This document shows positions 56,487 to 64,000 of a stretch of DNA of 64,000 nucleotides, piece after piece; the first letter of the stretch is position 1, and every line of letters begins with the position of its first letter. The position numbers and the translations under genes were made by a program. The DNA is from Eledone cirrhosa. Lineage: Eukaryota. Location of the stretch: NCBI GenBank assembly GCA_964016885.1, contig OZ024747.1:81716001-81780000 (forward strand), given 5' to 3'. The notes under the pieces were generated by a model that was given only the letters and a program-made list of their open reading frames with translations, ran no database searches and was not told the origin of the DNA.

Positions 56487-59149
56487 TCGAAATATAACAA
56501 AGGAATGTAATAGACAAAATCCATGGGGCTGAAAATCAGAGACATGAGGGCAACCGAACATTTAGCAGCTTCTAGCCCGGTCGGCTGCCCTCAAGTGGTG
56601 ATTATTAAGCCCACTTATGTCCATCTGGTGAAGGGCATAGGCTTATAGTGTACTACTACCACCCCGTCAAAAGTAGAGGCCAGCATTGAGGTCAGGTTAC
56701 AATCAAGCTGGTCATGCGTGCTAGAAAGTGCCGCGAAAAATATCAAAGAACATATATCTTTAACAAATCTATATATAGTAATATATAGTGGGTGTCTGCA
56801 TGGTATAATGTATGGACAGAAATTACAATTAACAATTAGAAACATTAAATTTATGTTTAGAGTTAGAAGATGCCATTTAAGATGAAATTAGAAAAATAAG
56901 GTTTAGGTTTGAGGTTGTGAGAATTAGTTAAAGAATTTACAGGAGGAGGCTTTTATGAAAAAGTTTAAGTGTATTATAGATAGTCATGATAAAGTTTCAG
57001 GGTAGAATATATAGCAAAGATTAAGCACATGCTTAGCGGTCAATAACCAGCGACGTTGCGGACCCCCAGCCAGCCCGGGGCCCAACGGCGTGTCAGCCAT
57101 TCCGAGTATTATCGTCTAGCGAAAGAAATGGAAATTTATTTTTCCGAGCACTCGAGGAATGTTAACTGTCTTAAGGGTGTGCTAGCGGGAAGTCCTAGGT
57201 ATGACTGCATTTTATTTATGTATTTATGTATTTTATTTATGCATTTATTTACTCGCTTTACTCACATTATATACTTATCCTTAGTCTACCTTCCATCCCA
57301 TCCTCACACACATCCACTTCATTTAAATGCTAAGAACCAGCCATAACTCATCAATTGTATGTATCATCACTGTACCTTGCTCTGAGATCACTCCCACCCC
57401 AGCATATTCTTAAACCCCACCATTCTTATCGTACACCTATAACATCCTTTCTGACCTCTTCCCCCACTACACTCATCATACACCCATGACATTATATTTA
57501 TTATGCCTCCATCTATTGCCCCTTACCCAGAGCATGCTTACTACCTCTTATGCATAGCCCTTTACCTATGGCATACTTCCAACTTCCCCCCTCCCTCCCC
57601 TAGTGTAGGGTGGGCTCATCAGGTGTGCCAATGACCAGCCATCTTTCTAGGGCAGGTAATACGATAAAACACACCCAGTATGCTCTGTAAAGTGATTGGT
57701 GATAAGAAATGTATATAGCCATAGAAAACCGGCCAAACAAAGGAAGAAGAGGACCCTTGAGTTGTATCAGATATATAACAACTTTACTAATGTCAATGGA
57801 CTTGGCGCACTCTGTAGTGTGTGTGTGTCTCTCTCTCTCTCTCTCTCTCTCTCCATCCGGCCACCTCAGAGATCAGTAGGTCCAATTAAGTACTGGCTAG
57901 GTCTGTGATGACACATTCAACCTTTGCTGGCAGGGAAAATGGGTATTAGATGATGATGATATATTACATTCTTTAATAGTTTCCTCTATGTTATCAGTTA
58001 TTTTGAAACAAGCTACTTCAAATATTGATAAACAAACCTAAAATGATTTGAAGATTTTCTTTTCTTTTTTAATTCCTGGATTTAGTTAAGTAGTTTGCAA
58101 AATAGAAAAGGTACATAAATAGCTTTTTGGATTTAACATTCTTGTGGACTAAATCTTTGATACCAAGCTAATTTTCTTCTATTCATATTGCAGTTTAATC
58201 ATTATGAAATAGGAAAAAGCAGAAAAGATTTTTTAAAATAACAAATTCTAGCAATTGAAGGCTATGCTGGAAATTTGTATTAATACAAACTTTTACTCAT
58301 GATTTAATTCATTGATAGTTGCATATATAGATGATTTATCTTAGAATATTTAGATGTTTGTTAAAATATATTTAAAATCTCCCCAAGCCTGTATTTTTAT
58401 TTCATCGTTCAGAATAAAGCTCAATAAAAGAACCATCTGTAATATATGTGCTATAAAGCTTTAAAAAACTATATTAAATTGTTAATGCTATTACTTTAAC
58501 AACTGCTTCTAATACTGATTCTACAATTCTATATTACTTTGCTACATTTCTTTCTAATCTAGTCAATATAAATATGATTAATAAATATGTTTTGATGATA
58601 AATGTTTCTCTGAAGCTTAGCATAGTTCATCCTCACTCTGAAAATACTTAAATAAGTACCAGTAATATACTAAACTTTCATGACATTCCTATGACCAAAG
58701 GATCAATTTATGCCTAATCAAATGAGCAAAATAAAATATTTAGACATATCATAATTTCAACACTACATTTTCAACAATATTTGATATTTTAATTGAACAG
58801 TCTTAAATATTTTTTAATGATCCAGGAATAAAAGCTTAATTGTCATAACTTATAGTTTCCACCACCGCAATAATACTGAGGTTTCTTACCAATACTAGAA
58901 ATCTAAAGTAGAAAACCAAGCAAACTAAGTGGTTTTAAGTATCTAGCCTAATTACTTTGCTACTACAAAACTTAGTGGTTTTGCCTTTTATCTTTCAAAC
59001 ATCAATAATATACTCTTATTTTTATCACTAAAAGTATCCAGTACCTAAGTAAGATGTCATTATTACTATTGCTAATTTATTATAACCTTTCTTCATGTAG
59101 TAATAGTATTCTAGAGATTGTTGCCTTAGGGAAAAAAACTACAATAAAA

Positions 59150-60195
59150 TAACTAACATCCCAAATGCATTTGAAATATTTTCATTTGGATTTTACCTTT
59201 GATCTTTAATACTCTTCTGAATAGTCTAGCTGTTCTTCAAAGCAATTTTCTAAGGTATTATGTCCAGGTTTTCGTCCCTTCCAAATACCCATCTTTTAAT
59301 TAAACAGAAACTATTCTTAAGCATCAGACCACTACTGGTATTATATAAATCTTCTTTAGAAACATATGATAGTTGTAACTTCAGGCATATCATTATATTT
59401 CTCAATATCTTCTTCCTTGATTCCAATTCCAGTATCCTTCATGTATTGCAATATTGATTTTACACATTCTGGCCTTCTTTTAGATTGCAACCATATCTGT
59501 CTCCTACTTTCTATTATACCGCCACATTGAATGTTGAAATGCCAAAGACTTTTGAAGTCTTAAGACTCAATAATATTAAGGGACTGATGTTCACTTCCAT
59601 TACTTTTCCAAATAACATATTCCCCAATAGATAATTTGTGTGACATTAATGTGCCTTCTCTTATATTTCTTCTTAACTAATTTACTGCATTCATGTATAA
59701 ATGTTCCACACTTTCAACATACTCCACATAAATTCTACATAATAGGGATGCTACGATTTTATCTACAAAGATAACATTATACAGATTGTTTTCAATGCCT
59801 GGTTGTTAGGTCTGTACTTTTTATTGATAATCATGAATTCACAGTGACACTTTTATCTACCCTCAAAACTTCCGATAGATTTCCTTTTCTTTCCAAGGCA
59901 TTCAACAGACACTTTTTTTATTCATGTCTACACTTTCGATTCTTTAATAACCTAACTCTACTTTCGAGTAACTCATAATCCATGATATAGCTTCTTTATA
60001 TATTGAATTACACTATCATATCTAAAAATTCTATTATCTAGTAACATGAATTTGCATCATAGTATTTTAGTTTAATTCTAGCTACATCCTTGTGAGGTTG
60101 CTTATCCGTTTTGAGTACTGGGAATGTTAATTGACCTCATATTAATTAAATTTCCTCTGTTCTTTTCAAGGAATCCTCCATACCTTGAGAGTAAT
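59150..60195 (-). mobile_element. Degenerate R4/Dong-like LINE 3' region (CCHC knuckle and RLE domain)
   Basis: Frameshifted pieces LLCRI..VESVEHL..ECSKLVKKKYKRRHINVTQIIYWGIC, FNIQCGGIIESRR, INIAI, IEKYND, IIPVVV and RTARLFRRVLKI. Confidence 0.78.
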
Positions 60196-60196
60196 A

Positions 60197-61674
60197 TCTC
60201 CTTATAATATATAACCAGCAATTTCTCTGTCTGTCTGTCCGACGCGTAGAGAGAGAGTGAGAGTGAAAGAAAGAGACAGACTACAAGAGGGGGATAGCGG
60301 GAGGGAGAGAGAGAGACACTGGAAGAGGGAAAGGAAAGCTATGTCTTGCTGTCTGCATATATATATATATACACACATATATATATACACACACACACAC
60401 ACACACTGAGCGCGTCATAATGACGTAATGCAGACGGCCAGACATACAGACAGATATTATAAGGGCGCAACGTTATATCTATGTATCTATCTAAAAAGAA
60501 AGACTAAGAATTATATAGAGAGAACGCTAAATCGCCTAATGCGGTCCCTAAGGCATTGAAAATTTGAAATAATTTTTGCTCAAAACACTCACAGGACCAT
60601 AAGTATTACATGTCTAAAGTTTGAAAACGATCGGTTGGATGGTTCTCAAGTTTTAGTGAGTTGACAGACAGACAGACAGACAGACATTCTCTGTTTTAGA
60701 TATATAGACTAGCAGAAAACCGCCCACGGGTGGTTTTCTGCTAGTCTATATATATAACACTGAGGATCTCTGTCTGTGTGTGTGTGTGTGTCAGTTTGAA
60801 TCCCTAAAACTCGAGAAACACCCAACCGACTGTTTTCAAACTTTACACATGTAATACTTATGTTTCAGGGAGTGTTCTGAGCCAAAACAATTTCAAATGT
60901 TCAATGTCCTAGGGGCCACATTAGGCGATTTAGCGATCTCTCTCTATAATTCTTAGTCTTTCTCTTTTTAGATAGATACATACATATAACGTCGCGCCCT
61001 TATAATATCTGTCTGTATGTCTGGCTGTCTGCATTACGTCACTTGCCTGAGGATGTCTGTGTGCACGTGTGTGTGTGAGTTTGAATCCCTAAAACTCGAG
61101 AAATACCCAACCGACTTTTTTCAAACTTTACATGTATATTACATATGTTTCAGGGAGTGTTATGCACATAAAAAATTCAACTTTTTGATCCTCTAGAGCC
61201 CGCATTAGGTGAAAAACTGCGTTTTTTTAGGTTTTTAGGGATTTTTTGAGGCGTTACGTCAGACCGATTTCATTGAAATTGTAACTATGTATTAGTCAGT
61301 CTCTTCCTCATACCGTGAGCAAAGAAAATCCAACTTTTTTATGGCCTAGGGCCCCGCATTAGGTGAAAAACTTCATTTTTTCAGCTTTTTAGGGCTTTTT
61401 TGAGGCGTTATGTCTAGCCGATTTTCCTGAAATTTCAAGGCATATTATGCACATAAAAAAATTCATTTTCTTGATCCCCTAGGGTCCGCATTAGGTGAAA
61501 ACCTGCACTTTTCCTGCTTCATCGAGTAAAATCTTAAAGATTATCCAGCCATCAGAGTATTCAGTTTATTTTCTTTACATATTGTCCAGGCATGCAGTTT
61601 TTCCACAATTAGGTCTGTTGGCGGCCTGCGTTCCAAAATACCTTATCCCATGCAATGCCGGGTACCACTGCTAG
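60197..61674 (+). mobile_element. Composite non-autonomous Helitron
   Basis: A|TC 5' end followed by TATA and (CTGT)n; 3' CCCATGCAATGCCGGG decayed hairpin, then CTAG|T at 61671-61675; no TSD; internal inverted and direct sub-repeats. Confidence 0.72.
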
Positions 61675-62267
61675 TACTATATATTTGTAGGTAACTGAAA
61701 TATCATTTGTTACAATGCCAAACATTTCAAATTAATAATTTCTGGTATTAGCACAAGGCCTCAAATTTTCAGGAAGTATAGAAATCAATTAAACCAACAC
61801 CAGTATAATACTGGTACAATATCATTTATTGACTATAGAAAGATGAAATATTATGTTGAAGCTGGCATAATTCAAACTTTCAAATTCATGTTGATTTCTA
61901 ATATATGTACAAGACCACATATGTTTGGAGAAGAATATAATTATTTAGATCAATTCCATTACTGGTAATTATTTTATTAACTCATCAAAGTATGGAGAAA
62001 AGCAGAGTAGAAGTTGGTAAGATCTAAACTCGTTATGTAACTAAATAACAGATAATTTAATTATTGGTTTAAATTTAACAACAGCCTTTTTTGTTTGGAT
62101 TGTTTCAACATGAAACTGTACCATACAGTACTATCTCTTTCTGAAAATGTTCTATGAAACAAACATTACAGTACAGTAGCTGAAATACCATTCAGTCAAT
62201 TATTACAGTTGCTTTGTCAAAGTCAAAAATTATTATTATAGCTATTATTATTAATATGTCACACAAA

Positions 62268-62449
62268 TTGGCAGTATCAGTAGAGGGTCGGATGCCATGC
62301 TTTCCAGCAAAGAGTTACGTCCCTTTACGGCCTGAGTTCAAATCCTGTCGAGGTTAACTTTGCCTTTCATCCTTATGGGGTCGATAAAATAAAGTACCAG
62401 TTATGTATTGGGTTATTGCTGACCTTGTGCCAAAAGTAGATACAATTAT
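62268..62449 (+). mobile_element. SINE family A
   Basis: TTGGCAGTATCAGTAGAG..GAGTTCAAATCC..core..AGTAGATACAATT. Confidence 0.88.
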
Positions 62450-63858
62450 ATGCCACACTCCCTGTTTTTTCAAAATTAGTATAAGTGAAATCGTATGCAG
62501 TGTGTAAGAGAGATGATTGTGCTGGTACAAACATCCAGTCATAGAAACTTGCCAAAATATGGAATGTATGAGTAAAACCTTATTTTCCACCTTTAGTTCA
62601 ACCCATGCCAGCATGGAAAACAGATGTACGGTGGTGATGATGAATTCTAATGAAGAAATAAGTTGAAACAATTCAATGAAAATGAAATAGACAAGATGTT
62701 ATATGGTACAAGATTTGGTACCAATAAATTACTGTGATCACGTCAAGGAACTATAATTTTATATTGTATACAAGAAAACCTTTCTCTAGTGAAAAATTAT
62801 TTTTTCCTTCACAGACACACACATATATATGTGTGTGTGTGTGTGTGTGGCAGTGTTGCTGGAAACAGAATAGCATTGAACAGGTTTTTTTTTTAAATGA
62901 CTAGTTTAGTGCCATCAAGATCAATCATCTTCCATCTATCAAGAAATCAATAAAAGAAGAACAAATATGATATTCCCACTCCTCCAAAGAAAATTAACCT
63001 TGTGTCTAAGCAAAAAAATCTATATTCCACTTCTTTCACATGTAGAAATTAACTACATAATAACTAAAAATTGTCTCAATTTAGCAAGAAATGAAACAGA
63101 AATATGGATCTCTAAGTGAAATTCAATTTTATTTAATTAAAAAAGAAAGAATATCAAAAATTATTGTTCAGCTTTTGAGTTCAAAAGAAATCCAAATGGA
63201 ATTTATTGAGATAAAACTATTTTTTCCATATCTGAAATTAAATAAATGTATGAACAAAAACTGAAGAAAAAAAAACACTAATGGAAATTTATTGAAAAGA
63301 GAAACCAAGATCAAACCATGTAAGTATGTATATATATATGTGTATGCAGTTGATTCAAAATTTCAAAAAAGGAGGAGGTTAATTCATAATGGTGATGATT
63401 ATTGTTGTAGTTATAATTTTTTAGTTTCTCCATCAAGGTAGCTGATTAAATACTTGAGAACAATTGATTCACTTCTACTATCCTGAATTGTTCTAGTTTC
63501 AATATAACCAGATCCTACATTGTTTACAGTATCATACAGTTTTCTGGGATCTTGTGTGCTAACTAGATTATGCTGTGATATCTTGGGCAAATTCCTTTAA
63601 CAAAGCTTCAGGTCAACCCGAGCTGTGTACCCAAGAGAATTTGGGTACACAGAAACTGTAGAAACTTGTCAGATGGATTTTACTTGTACTTCGGGGGCCC
63701 AGCACTGTCTCATATTGTCCTATGCTGATTCTCTCTGAGAATAACCTTAAGGATACATGTGTCTTTGAAATACATACATGTAAAATTATGAGTCATATGT
63801 TCAAACAGTTGAATGCTCATCATGAAATTTATTGAAGATCCATCATTATATACCTGAA

Positions 63859-64000
63859 AGGTGGTGCTTTGGCAGTATCGGCAGAGTGTTGGACATCATG
63901 CTTAAGGCATATAGTTACGGCCCATTACGTTCTGAGTTCAAATCCTACTGAGGTTAGCTTTGCCTTTCATCCTTATGGGGTCAATAAAATAAAGTACCAG
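63859..64000 (+). mobile_element. SINE family A, running off the window end
   Basis: Head, B box and core up to GTACCAG. Confidence 0.85.

Noticed and set aside
57030-57110. HDV-like or twister ribozyme
   Set aside because: Could not assemble the required nested pseudoknot or conserved core by eye; kept only as an unexplained structured island

Overview
AT-rich, repeat-saturated animal genomic DNA. The SINE and LINE families point to a cephalopod, probably octopus (inference from remembered family features, not a database result). I cannot support any host protein-coding exon, and nearly all listed ORFs are microsatellite or repeat artefacts. Main contents: (1) a dense set of Penelope-like retroelement (PLE) fragments inserted in (TA)n tracts. 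They carry about 15 recognisable type-I hammerhead ribozyme motifs from at least 8 unrelated families, three with a UUGAAAA (U3-A8 compensated) core, most with family-specific palindromic stem III, and many as fold-back inversions. (2) Two intact, start-less GIY-YIG endonuclease reading frames (36279-36902 minus, 38967-39608 plus) that the ORF track misses, probably Naiad-clade, plus a second GIY-YIG family at 33395-33810. (3) An 8-kb array of 170 in-phase 47-bp units that appears to derive from an RTE 3'-UTR module and shows a nascent 94-bp higher-order repeat. (4) A composite Helitron with a central double CTAG|TC palindrome. (5) Many tRNA-derived SINEs, some re-using the same target site, and RTE, CR1 and R4/Dong-like LINE remnants.
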